Shown here in pieces: positions 19,192 through 28,048 of a stretch of 64,000 bases of DNA. Source of the stretch: Candidatus Multivorans sp. Lineage in GTDB: Bacteria; Acidobacteriota; Thermoanaerobaculia; Multivoradales; Multivoraceae. Under the pieces are notes generated by a model. It was not told the DNA's origin. It searched no databases and saw only the letters and a program-made list of their open reading frames with translations. Every line of letters starts with the position of its first letter. Position 1 is the stretch's first letter. The translations under genes were made by a program, and so were the position numbers. The stretch lies in the NCBI GenBank assembly GCA_965224025.1, contig OZ245033.1:864001-928000 (forward strand), read 5' to 3'.

Positions 19192-20190
19192 TTAGTGAGT
19201 CGTCTCTGCAGTCTTGTTGTGGGGCTTGTTGATCCAGACGGTTTGGGGTAGTGGCGTGTGCATCGGTTCGCCGCCGACGAATCGTTCGGGATGGCGTTCC
19301 CAGGCGGCCCGCAGGATGCGCTGGCGGTTCTCGATGACGGCTTGCGCCCGGCCGTAGTGGACGGTCTCTGGTGTGAGCATGGCGATGCCGGCATGGTGGT
19401 GTTCGGTGTTGTACCAGGGGAAGAACGATCTGCAGTAGTCGGTCGCGGCGTCCTGGCAGTTGAAGCGTCTGGGGAAGTCGGGGTGGTACTTGAGGGTCTT
19501 GAACTGGGCTTCGGAGTAGGGGTTGTCGTCGCTGACCCGAGGGCGTCCCAGGGACCGGTTGACGCCGAGGCGGGCGAGCAGTTGGGCGGTACCCTGACTG
19601 GTCATGGGCGATCCTCGATCGGAGTGCAGTGTGAGGATGTCTGGCTTGACGCCGTGCTTGAGGCGGGTTTCCTCGATGAGTCTCTGGGCGAGCGCGGAGT
19701 TCTCGCGGTCGGCGACCATCCAGCCGACCGCGTAGCGGCTGAAGAGGTCGAGCAGGACGTAGAGGTAGTAGTAGGTCCAGGTCTTGGGGCCGAGCAGCCT
19801 GGCGATGTCCCAGGACCAGACCTGGTTGGGCGCCGTGGCGACCAGTTCCGGCTTGGCGTACGACGGGTGGACGCGCTGATTGCGGCGGTCCCTCACCGGG
19901 TGGTTCGCTTCGAGGATGCGGTACATCGTGCGCTCCGAGCACGGGTACCGGCCCTCGTCGAGCAGGGTGGCCACTACTTCTCCCGGCGAACGATCAACGA
20001 AACGAGGCGACGCAAGCGTGGCCTCGACCCGTTTCCGCTCGGCCTTGCTCAGTGCCCGGGCGGGCGTGGGTCGGGGCTGCTGACGCCCGGGAACGGGCCT
20101 CGCTCTGCGGTAGAACGTCGATCGCGACACGCCCAGCGCCCGGCACGCCGGCGCGATGCCGACCTGCCGGGCCAGGGACCTTGCCGCCAT
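19192..20190 (-). CDS. IS3-family transposase OrfB (rve DDE core)
   Basis: 'WSWDI..HSDRGSPM..DNPYSEAQFKTLK'. ATG overlaps the orfA stop (TGATG). Confidence 0.9.
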   Translation of the reverse strand: MAARSLARQVGIAPACRALGVSRSTFYRRARPVPGRQQPRPTPARALSKAERKRVEATLASPRFVDRSPGEVVATLLDEGRYPCSERTMYRILEANHPVRDRRNQRVHPSYAKPELVATAPNQVWSWDIARLLGPKTWTYYYLYVLLDLFSRYAVGWMVADRENSALAQRLIEETRLKHGVKPDILTLHSDRGSPMTSQGTAQLLARLGVNRSLGRPRVSDDNPYSEAQFKTLKYHPDFPRRFNCQDAATDYCRSFFPWYNTEHHHAGIAMLTPETVHYGRAQAVIENRQRILRAAWERHPERFVGGEPMHTPLPQTVWINKPHNKTAETTH

Positions 20191-20676
20191 CAGCAGTCCT
20201 TCCCGTCTTCGAGGCTGAATCCCAGCAGCCCTGCAACTTTTCCCTGGACGTCCAGGATCGTGTGTGCGGCGGCGAGTTCCTTCTCCAGCCGCTTCACCTT
20301 CGCCTCCAGCCGCTTCACCTTCGGCGTCAGAGGGTTGGCCTCGGCCGGCTTGCGGCCCCGCTTCTTCGGACTCAGACCGGATAGCGCGCCCTCTCGACGC
20401 GCCTTGCGCCAGTTGGCCAGATGGGAGCTGTACCAGACCCTCTCGCCGAAGCAGCCGACCCACCTCGCCGCGGTGGGTGCATCGGTCCGCTGCCTCCAGA
20501 ATCCGCAGCCGGTACTCCGCCGTGAACTGCCGCCTGGTCGGTCTCGCCAGCACTTCCGGGTCGGGAACCGCCCCGGCGGGCGCCGCGCCGGCCGGGGGGG
20601 CCTCGTCGCTACGCTCCTCAACCCCCGCGGCCGGGAGCTCCGAGCCGCCGCCAAACCTCTGCTTTCGTCTTGACAT
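20190..20676 (-). pseudogene. IS3-family OrfA with a 1-bp frameshift near 20433
   Basis: 'RRQFTAEYRLRIL..LLRREGL' continues as 'YSSHLANWRK' only after one G is removed (GGT CTG G TAC). Confidence 0.75.
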
Positions 20677-20854
20677 TGATCCTCCTTGCCAACGCGTGCC
20701 CTCCACTATTCAACGGGATGGCCGCTGTGTCATGTACGTTGGCAGAGAGGGGTTCGGGCGTCGGTCGTTGCGTTGGCACCGGGCGTCGCTCGCTCGAAGT
20801 CCACTGGTACCCCTCCCCCACGACGACCGGACGGGCTGAACGGCGTCGAACGCC

Positions 20855-21544
20855 CTACTTCAAGGACTCCGCTTCGCGCCAGAGGGACTTGCCGTCCGCG
20901 TAGTGCTCCCGTTTCCAGATCGGCACTTCGGCTTTGAGACGCTCTAGAGCAAAACGACTCGTCTCGTAGGCCTGCCGGCGGTGAGCGGAGGCGGTGGCGA
21001 TCACCACACTGGCGTCGCCGACTTCCAGCGTTCCCAGACCGTGGACGATCTCGACGCGGGTTCCCGGTTCCTCGACCTCGAGTTCGCGCACGATCCGCTC
21101 CAGGCGGCGTTCGGCCATCGCGGGATAGGCGGAGTAGGTGATCCGCTCGACCGGACGGCCGCCGAAGGAGTTGCGGACGTTGCCGACGAAAACGACGACG
21201 GCTCCTTTGCCCGAGTCTTCGACGCTTGCTCGAACCGCCTCCACAGTGTCCGCGTCGACAGCACCGTCCCGCAGCCGGCCAGCACCAGCGCCGCACGATC
21301 CGCCGGACACCGGCGGCAGGAGGGCGACTTCGGCGCCGTTGTGGAGGGGAGCGGTCCGGTCTCCGGCCACTTCCCCGTCTACGGCAATCGCCAGCCTCGG
21401 CCACAGCGACTCCAGACCCGGATACGCCGCGCTCAGGCGCTCGATCAGGTCGGCGATCGTGTTGCCGTCCGGGAGTTCGACTTCCGTCTCGGCGCCGCCG
21501 ACGGCGTCCAAGGCGGTGGCGAAGCTCAGCACCCGTACGATCAA
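20855..21544 (-). CDS. moaE: MoaD-MoaE fusion (molybdopterin synthase)
   Basis: Ubiquitin-like domain ending PPVSGG, followed by MoaE 'GAVVVFVGNVRN..ERLKAEVPIWKRE'. Confidence 0.88.
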   Translation of the reverse strand: MIVRVLSFATALDAVGGAETEVELPDGNTIADLIERLSAAYPGLESLWPRLAIAVDGEVAGDRTAPLHNGAEVALLPPVSGGSCGAGAGRLRDGAVDADTVEAVRASVEDSGKGAVVVFVGNVRNSFGGRPVERITYSAYPAMAERRLERIVRELEVEEPGTRVEIVHGLGTLEVGDASVVIATASAHRRQAYETSRFALERLKAEVPIWKREHYADGKSLWREAESLK

Positions 21545-21614
21545 GACACGGAAGGCTAACAGTCGCCGCCCCTGCGGATAGTCTCCCCGCCTACTTCTGA
21601 ACTCCGGAAACGCG

Positions 21615-22319
21615 ATGCGGCTCCTGCTCTTCGACATCGACGGCACCCTGGTTCGCTGCGGCCCACAGATCGGGCCCATCTTCATGGGCGCTCTGAAGCG
21701 CACCTTCGGCCAGACGGGCAATGTCCGGGCTTACGACTTCGGCGGCAGGACGGACACCGAAGCGGTGATCGACCTGATGACCGGGGCCGGCATCCCGCGG
21801 GGCGAGGTCGAGGGTCGCATGGACGAAGTGCGTTCGCACTACACCGATCTGCTCGACCGGCTCGATCCAAAGAAGATGAGGCTGCTGCCCGGCGTGGTCG
21901 AACTCCTCGAGGAGCTGGCCCATGTGGAGGACACGTGCGTGGGTCTGCTCACCGGCAATTGGGAGGTCGGCGCCCGGGCCAAGCTCGAACCCTTCGGCCT
22001 GAACCGGTTCTTCGACTTCGGCGCTTTCGGCGAGGACGGCGTGCGGCGCAACGAACTGGTGCCGATTGCGGTCGCGCGAGCCGCTGAGCGGCTGGGCTCG
22101 CCCCCGGAAGCGAGGGATGTCGTGATCATCGGCGACACGGTGCGCGATGTCGCCTGCGGCGAGGCGCACGGCGTGCCCGTGCTGGGCGTAGCCACCGGTT
22201 TCACACCCGACCACCGCCTGCACGAAGCCGGCGCCGATTGGGTGGCACCCGACCTCCGCCACGCAACCGCCCGGAGGCTGCTGCTGGACGGTCGGCATGC
22301 CGGCCCCGAACTGCCATGA
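21615..22319 (+). CDS. HAD-family hydrolase
   Basis: FDIDGTL, LLTGN and IGDTVRD motifs. Confidence 0.9.
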   Translation: MRLLLFDIDGTLVRCGPQIGPIFMGALKRTFGQTGNVRAYDFGGRTDTEAVIDLMTGAGIPRGEVEGRMDEVRSHYTDLLDRLDPKKMRLLPGVVELLEELAHVEDTCVGLLTGNWEVGARAKLEPFGLNRFFDFGAFGEDGVRRNELVPIAVARAAERLGSPPEARDVVIIGDTVRDVACGEAHGVPVLGVATGFTPDHRLHEAGADWVAPDLRHATARRLLLDGRHAGPELP

Positions 22320-23284
22320 GCCTCGAACGCGACTACGAACTGCTGACCACGGCAGCCGCGCTCTGCGACCCGCCGCGGGCCTCTCGGCTCGAACTCATGG
22401 GACCCGACCGCGAACGGTTCTTCGGCGGCATGATCACCGCGGCGGTCGAGGGCCTTGAGCCCGGCCACGGCGCGTTCGGCTTCATCACCGATGTCCGCGG
22501 GCGGGTGCTCGCCAGCGCCATCGTGCTGGCTCTCGAAGACCGCCTCTGGCTCGAGATCCCCAGGGGCCGCGGCCGGACGATCATCGACCACCTGGAGAAG
22601 TACATCGTCACCGACCAGGTCGAGATCCTCCCGCTCGGCGACATGGCCTCCGTCCGGGTCGCCGGCCCGCGGAGCGCCGAGGTCCTGGCGGGCCTTGGCG
22701 CCACCGCTGCCAACGACCTCAACGAACCGTGGAGCCACGCCCAGGTCGAAGTGCTCGACTACCAGGCCCGCCTCTCCCGGGAAGGCCAAAGCGCCGTGCC
22801 CACCTTCTCCCTCTGGCAGTCGTCCGCGATCGCCCCGCTCCTGGCCGAAGACCTCGCCGAGGCCGGCATCCGCCAAGTCGCCGCCGAAGCGACCAAAGCG
22901 CTCCGCATCGAACACGGCTATCCACTTTGGGACGTCGACTACGACGACTCGAACCTGCCCCAGGAAACGGGCATCGAGGACGCCGTCGACTACGAGAAAG
23001 GCTGCTACCTCGGCCAGGAGATCGTCGCCCGCATCCACTACCGCGGCCAGCCGGCCCGCCGCATGTGCCGGCTCTTCTTCGCGCCCGGACACATGCCGGC
23101 CGCCGGCGCCGAGATCGAGTTCGACGACCGCGCCGCCGGCACCGTGACCAGCGTCTGCAGATCGCCCCGCCACGAAACCGCCATCGGCCTCGCCCTCCTG
23201 CCACGCCGCGCCGTAGAGGCGTTGCCAGACGCGAACGTGCTAGTCGAGGGTCGCGACGTGCACTTCGAAGCGCTCGGCACTTGA
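22316..23284 (+). CDS. ygfZ: YgfZ/GcvT-family folate-binding protein
   Basis: KGCYLGQE motif. ATG 22316 overlaps the HAD stop. Confidence 0.85.
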   Translation: MSLERDYELLTTAAALCDPPRASRLELMGPDRERFFGGMITAAVEGLEPGHGAFGFITDVRGRVLASAIVLALEDRLWLEIPRGRGRTIIDHLEKYIVTDQVEILPLGDMASVRVAGPRSAEVLAGLGATAANDLNEPWSHAQVEVLDYQARLSREGQSAVPTFSLWQSSAIAPLLAEDLAEAGIRQVAAEATKALRIEHGYPLWDVDYDDSNLPQETGIEDAVDYEKGCYLGQEIVARIHYRGQPARRMCRLFFAPGHMPAAGAEIEFDDRAAGTVTSVCRSPRHETAIGLALLPRRAVEALPDANVLVEGRDVHFEALGT

Positions 23285-23413
23285 CACGGCCCGCCCCTCG
23301 ACGATGCCGGGCGCTCGACAAGACTGCCTGGTTCTCACCGTGACCTCTTGACGCCGCCAACCGTCCGCATGCCTCACCCGCCGGAGAGTCGTTCCGGGCT
23401 CGAGTCGCAGCCG

Positions 23414-23932
23414 CTACATTTCCGCTCTGAAGACCTCCACGATGCGGTCTCGCAGGTCGGCGATCTCCGGGCAAAGGCTAAAGAACTGACGCCGTCGGGC
23501 TACTGACTTCTCGGTCATCGCGCCTCGGCCGCCACCCGGACGCCGAGGGTCCCCGTACTCCTTGAGGAGGCGTTTGAAGACTGTCTCTTTGAGACGTGGA
23601 TTCGACCGCACGTCACTCCACGAACCCCCAATCTCCTCGCGATAGGCCACACAGGCGTACACCTCAACTTCCGGCTCCGCCGGACAGCAGAGCAGGATCA
23701 CACCCTGACGCCTGAGACGGTCCTCGAGATCGCGCATGGCACTGTCGGCAGCCCTGTCCGCGTCGGGAAAGAACAGCCAAAAATCCATGAAGCCGTAGCG
23801 GGAAGCCAGTTCGTTCCGAACGATCCTGACCGCTTCGTCATAGCCGCCGAGTCGGGGGTTCGTGAGTATCGTCACTCTGGCGTTCGGTTTGGCCGCATCC
23901 GCCAGGATCATCTCCACCAGCGGTTTCAGAAT
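23414..23932 (-). pseudogene. 3' part of an IS-interrupted TOPRIM/DUF4276-like ATPase-partner gene
   Basis: Joins 26521-26579 in frame across the TSD to give MSVRVLVIPEDPTLNGYILKPLVEMIL..WLFFPDADR. Confidence 0.8.
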
Positions 23933-23967
23933 GGGGATTATATACGAGAGTGCCGGGGCCGAACGGC

Positions 23968-24165
23968 TCACCGGCGCACGTTCTTCGGTGACTTGATGTA
24001 GTTGACCTTCACTTCGGCGGCCAGCGCATCGGTCAGTTGCTCGAACGTGGCGTCGATCCGCAAGTCCTTCCGCAACTCCGCAGCGGACGGCTGGTAGTTC
24101 GGATGAACGATGTCCACCGTTGGACGGTTCGGTCCTTTGTCCTTCTCTACTTGCTTTCGAGCCAC
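23968..24165 (-). CDS. Small IS-terminal hypothetical protein (element A)
   Basis: GTG 24165, 65 aa, basic N-terminus and 'DATFEQLTDAL'. Positional counterpart of 47796-47978. Confidence 0.6.
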   Translation of the reverse strand: MARKQVEKDKGPNRPTVDIVHPNYQPSAAELRKDLRIDATFEQLTDALAAEVKVNYIKSPKNVRR

Positions 24166-25458
24166 GCCAGCTTCTCCCTCAGTTCTGAGATCATGTTTGC
24201 TTTGGCGATGCTGTCTTCGCTCGTACCCTTGGCGAGATTGCACGGTCGGCAGAGCAGTTGCAGGTTGTCGAGTTCGTCTCCGCCGCCTTCGGCTTGCGGC
24301 ACGATGTGGTCAACTTCCATGACGTTGAACTGGGTGAAGGTGGAGCACATGGCACACCGCGCTTCCTGCTGGCCGTAGAGCAGGTGCTTGTGACTGGTCG
24401 GCTTCGGCGGCGCTTGCGACTCCGGGACGCTCTCTGCGGTCCAGTACTGGATGTCGTGGAGCACCGTACCCATGAACGAGACTTCGTTCGTCAGCCGCTC
24501 CTTGACGAGCTTGTACGCCATGTCGCTGATGTCCATGCCGATCCACTGGCGGCGCAAACGCTCCGCCGCTACGCAGGCTGTGGCGCAACCGCAGAACGGA
24601 TCCAGGATGATGTCGCCCTCGTTCGACGATGACCGGATGATCCGTTCCAAGAGTGCTAGCGGTTTCTGGGTCGGATAGCCGACGTTCTCGGAGGACTGCG
24701 AGTTCAGGAAGTTGATGTCGAACACATCTGTGTGCCGGTTGCCCTGGGTCGTGTCCACTGCCTTGATGATGTCGAAGTCGTTGCGGTTGATCTTCCCTTT
24801 GGCTTCCTTCCGGGCCAGAACAGCTTCGTCGTAGATGTACAGGTAGCGCTGTCCGTTCATTCGCTTCGTGTTGTAGCCAGCCCGAATGAGTTGCTGCTTC
24901 CGTGGCGACAACTCGGAATCGTAGGTCGCGGTGTAGTGGAACTTCGTGGAGCGCGAGTAGAACAGGACCGTGTCGTGAGCGCGCAGAAACTTCTTGGCCC
25001 GCGAGTTCGCCACCTTCTTGTATGACCACACGATCTCGTTGCGGAACTGGTTCCGCCCGAAGATGGAGTCCATCAGCGTCTTGAGGTAGTGGCTGGCGGT
25101 TGGATCGCAGTGCAGGTACACGCTGGCCGTGGGCTTCATAACACGCCGTAGTTCGAGCAGCCGCACTGCCATGTAGATCAGGTACGCCTTCATGCCCTTC
25201 GAGTGCGCGGTGCCCGCCGCGTCGATGGTCTGGTACAGCGCCGGGTGGTGTTCCGCGAGTTCGCCGTGCCCGCCGCCTTGCTGCCTATCGGCGCAGCGAA
25301 GTTCCGGTTCTTGTTGAACGGCGGATCGAGGTAGACCAGATCTACGCATCCGTCCGCCATTCCGCGCAGGATGTTGAGGTTGTCGCCCGTGTGGATCGCC
25401 CGAACCCAATCCTGCGGTCCGTATCTTGCAGGGACAATTCCGCGCCGTCCGCCGTCAT
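24147..25458 (-). pseudogene. Beta-class N6A/N4C DNA methyltransferase-HNH endonuclease fusion, frameshifted at the 5' end
   Basis: ATG 25458 is coupled to tnp. 'IHTGDNL..YLDPPFN' is in a second frame and 'HGELAE..YLHCDPTASHYLK..GYPTQKP..DPFCGCAT' in a third. C-terminal CxxC..DHIVP..NLQLLCxxCN HNH. Confidence 0.85.
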
Positions 25459-26453
25459 GCCGTCGCTTCCCGTGCGCCCGAAGGCAGGCCGTTGTCGGCG
25501 ATTAGGTCACGGTAGCGGAGGCGCTTGCCATCCATGTCTTCGGCGAAGCGGTCCAGTTGCTCCGCCGTGTCGAACTCGCGGACGTTCTGCCGCCAGCCGA
25601 ACTCGTCCACGTAGCGCTGCAACTGCTTCGGCGAGAGCTTGTGGAACGTGCCTTTGTGCGAACGCTTGAGCATGGACCACAGGGACTCGATGCCATTCGT
25701 GTGGATCTTGCCGTCCACGTACTCGCCGACCGAGTGCTTGACCGTGCCACGCTCATACTCGGTCAGACCCGCGTAGGCCCCGGTGTCGTCGGTGTAGACC
25801 GTCGCGCCGGGTTCGACATGCTCCCGGACGAATGCCTGTAGGGTCTCGCCATCGGTCGAGCGAACCACGCGGGCCGCTACCTGTTTCGTCTCGCGGTCCT
25901 TCACTCCCACCACCGCCGTCTTGCCGACCGTGCCGCGACCTTCCATCGTCTTCCGCTTCTTGGCGTGCATGTTCTTCCGCAACCCGCCGATGTACGTCTC
26001 ATCGGCTTCAACCGGGCCGGGGAACAGGACGTTCGGCCCGTTCGTCTCAAACGCCGCCCGGAGACGCTGCGCCATGAACCACGCGGTCTTCTGAGTGACA
26101 CCGAGGTCGCGGTGCAGCTTCATGCTCGACATGCTCTTGAGGCTGGTCGTCAGCAGGAACGCCGCGAGCATCCACTTCTGGAAGCCGATCTTCGAGCCTT
26201 CCATGACGGTGCCGGTCTTCGCGCTGAACCGCTGGTAGCAACCCTTCTCGCGGCAGCGGTACGGCATCGACTTGTGCTTCGCACCCGTCTGGACATTGTT
26301 GGACCCGCAGGCCGGGCAGGTCGGCCCGACGGGCCAGCGGCGCTTGACGTACCATGCCTCCGCCGTCTTGTTGTCGGGGAATATCCGCATCATCTCCACC
26401 AGAGTGATGCCCTTCCGGTATGCCTTGCCGGGTGCCTTGTGCTCAGTCATCAT
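25455..26453 (-). CDS. IS1595-family transposase (Zn ribbon + HTH + ISXO2-like DDE)
   Basis: CPACG..YRCREKGC, 'VEADETYIGG', 'VYTDD', 'HTNGIESLWSMLKR'. Confidence 0.95.
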   Translation of the reverse strand: MMTEHKAPGKAYRKGITLVEMMRIFPDNKTAEAWYVKRRWPVGPTCPACGSNNVQTGAKHKSMPYRCREKGCYQRFSAKTGTVMEGSKIGFQKWMLAAFLLTTSLKSMSSMKLHRDLGVTQKTAWFMAQRLRAAFETNGPNVLFPGPVEADETYIGGLRKNMHAKKRKTMEGRGTVGKTAVVGVKDRETKQVAARVVRSTDGETLQAFVREHVEPGATVYTDDTGAYAGLTEYERGTVKHSVGEYVDGKIHTNGIESLWSMLKRSHKGTFHKLSPKQLQRYVDEFGWRQNVREFDTAEQLDRFAEDMDGKRLRYRDLIADNGLPSGAREATA

Positions 26454-26460
26454 GCCCAGA

Positions 26461-26490
26461 ATCTTACAGGAGAGTGCCGGGGGAAGTCAA
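26461..26490 (-). promoter_or_regulatory. Transposase promoter of element A, with a TIR-derived operator in the spacer
   Basis: TTGACT-18 bp-TAAGAT, with the -10 box 7 bp before ATG 26453. The spacer contains a copy of the TIR motif GAGAGTGCCG. Confidence 0.6.
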
Positions 26491-26520
26491 GCGCTTTCGG
26501 CACTCTCGTATATAATCCCC

Positions 26521-26579
26521 TTCAGAATGTAGCCATTGAGAGTGGGGTCTTCTGGAATCACCAGAACGCGCACACTCAC
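26521..26579 (-). pseudogene. 5' part of the IS-interrupted TOPRIM/DUF4276-like gene
   Basis: GTG 26579 overlaps the ATPase stop (GTGA) and encodes MSVRVLVIPEDPTLNGYILK. Confidence 0.75.
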
Positions 26580-27799
26580 AAAGCCGCCTCCATCCACCCC
26601 TCCGTGAACAGATCGGCCACACCGCCGGCAGCGACGGCCTTGCGGAAGTCGGGAATGTCCTGCAAGGCCGTGATCGTCGCGTCGCCCTTGTCCGCGTTTC
26701 GCCGGCAGACGTAGGTTGTGGCGTACTCGGTTCTCTTGAGCCACGCGAGAACGGCCGGCGAATGAGTGGTCGCCATCACTTGTGTCGACCGGCGCGCGGC
26801 GTTCGACCGGAGAAGCTCCAGGAGCAGGCGCGTACGGCTCGCGTGAATGCCGTTCTCGATCTCCTCGATCGTCATGATCCGCGGCATGTCGGGCTGAAAG
26901 AAGGCCGCCGCGATTGCAGCGAACCGAAGCGTGCCGTCACTCAACACCGGCGCCGGAAACTCTCTGTTCCCTTCCCGCAACATGAAGAGCGGCTCGCCCA
27001 CGGCACCAGGTAAGGTGGCAACGCTGTCTACTTCCGCCGGCCGCAGCTCGCGCAGCCACTCCAGATAGCCGGCTTCCGTTTCCGGATCCGTGCAGATCGT
27101 CCTGACCAGGGCGGCGAAGTTCTCTCCGCGCTCGCCCATGCGGTCTACCTGCTGCGCCTGTGAGTAGCCTCTCAAGACGGTCGGCGCGGGGTCGATTCGC
27201 TGCGTGTTGACCAATTCGTCCGCCACCCGCGCAGCGTCCGCCCGATGCTGCGGTTCCACCCGCTTCGCCCCTTCGAACTGCCCCAGAACTGGCTGGCTCC
27301 GCTCGAACTCCAAGTGGCGGGGACGGCCAACCTTGCCGTGGTAATACTCCACTCGATGAACGGGACTCCCGATGCCGCCGCGGTCGGCATACCGGGAGTC
27401 AAAGACGGAACGGCCTGCGTACACCAGCCTCTCCTGTGCCACATGCCCCCTCCGGGGAGACACGGTCACCGAGTACCGCCATCGCCTTGTCGCCTTCCCA
27501 ACACTCAGCCTGCCGGCCGCGTCAATCGTGAAAGTCTCCGGCTGTTCGCTCCCTTCGAAACACGCCTTCGCGCTTCCGCCTCGGATTCCCTCCCAGACTT
27601 CACTGGTCGCGCTTCTTGGCTTGCCGTCGAGAATCTCGCTCACCGTGAAGCGGCTACCCACTCCCTGCAGCACGCGAAGTGCATCGAGGAAATTCGACTT
27701 TCCGCTGGCATTGGCACCAACGAACAGGTTCATTCCGCCCAACGCCACGGTCACGTCGCGAAAGCTCTTGAAGTCCCTGATGGTGATTCGGTCGATCAT
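26576..27799 (-). CDS. ABC-type AAA_21 family ATPase (putative defence component)
   Basis: GANASGKS Walker A, LSDGT signature, IEEIENGIH Walker B/D-loop, TTHSP switch, and no TM partner. Confidence 0.88.
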   Translation of the reverse strand: MIDRITIRDFKSFRDVTVALGGMNLFVGANASGKSNFLDALRVLQGVGSRFTVSEILDGKPRSATSEVWEGIRGGSAKACFEGSEQPETFTIDAAGRLSVGKATRRWRYSVTVSPRRGHVAQERLVYAGRSVFDSRYADRGGIGSPVHRVEYYHGKVGRPRHLEFERSQPVLGQFEGAKRVEPQHRADAARVADELVNTQRIDPAPTVLRGYSQAQQVDRMGERGENFAALVRTICTDPETEAGYLEWLRELRPAEVDSVATLPGAVGEPLFMLREGNREFPAPVLSDGTLRFAAIAAAFFQPDMPRIMTIEEIENGIHASRTRLLLELLRSNAARRSTQVMATTHSPAVLAWLKRTEYATTYVCRRNADKGDATITALQDIPDFRKAVAAGGVADLFTEGWMEAAL

Positions 27800-28048
27800 G
27801 GCGTTGCCTGCCCGCTCTATCGCCGCCCGGCCGCACGCTGCCTGAGAACGGGGCTAGGCAGCGCTGGCGCCGCGCCGTCAATCAACGGACGCCACGGAGG
27901 GTAGCAGCGTTCCTCGGCGCCATGGTGCCCCCGTGACAGTCCGCAATCGTGGACTGCACCTACCACTGCTTGACCAGCGGCTGGTCCTTTGGCCCGGGCC
28001 AGCGTCACACGTTGCGAACCGCCCGAGAGCGCCCGCACTCGAGCTCCC

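Larger units (their letters stand above)
19151..20754 (-). mobile_element. IS3-family insertion sequence
   Basis: Imperfect IRs TGTCAACGACTTTGACACAGCGG (19159-19181) and TGCCAACGTACATGACACAGCGG (rc of 20722-20744), with orfA/orfB. No TSD found and exact ends are uncertain. Confidence 0.85.
23933..26520 (-). mobile_element. IS1595-family cargo-carrying element A (2588 bp)
   Basis: Perfect 23-bp TIR GGGGATTATATACGAGAGTGCCG (23933-23955 and 26498-26520), and 8-bp TSD TTCAGAAT (23925-23932 and 26521-26528). Confidence 0.95.
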
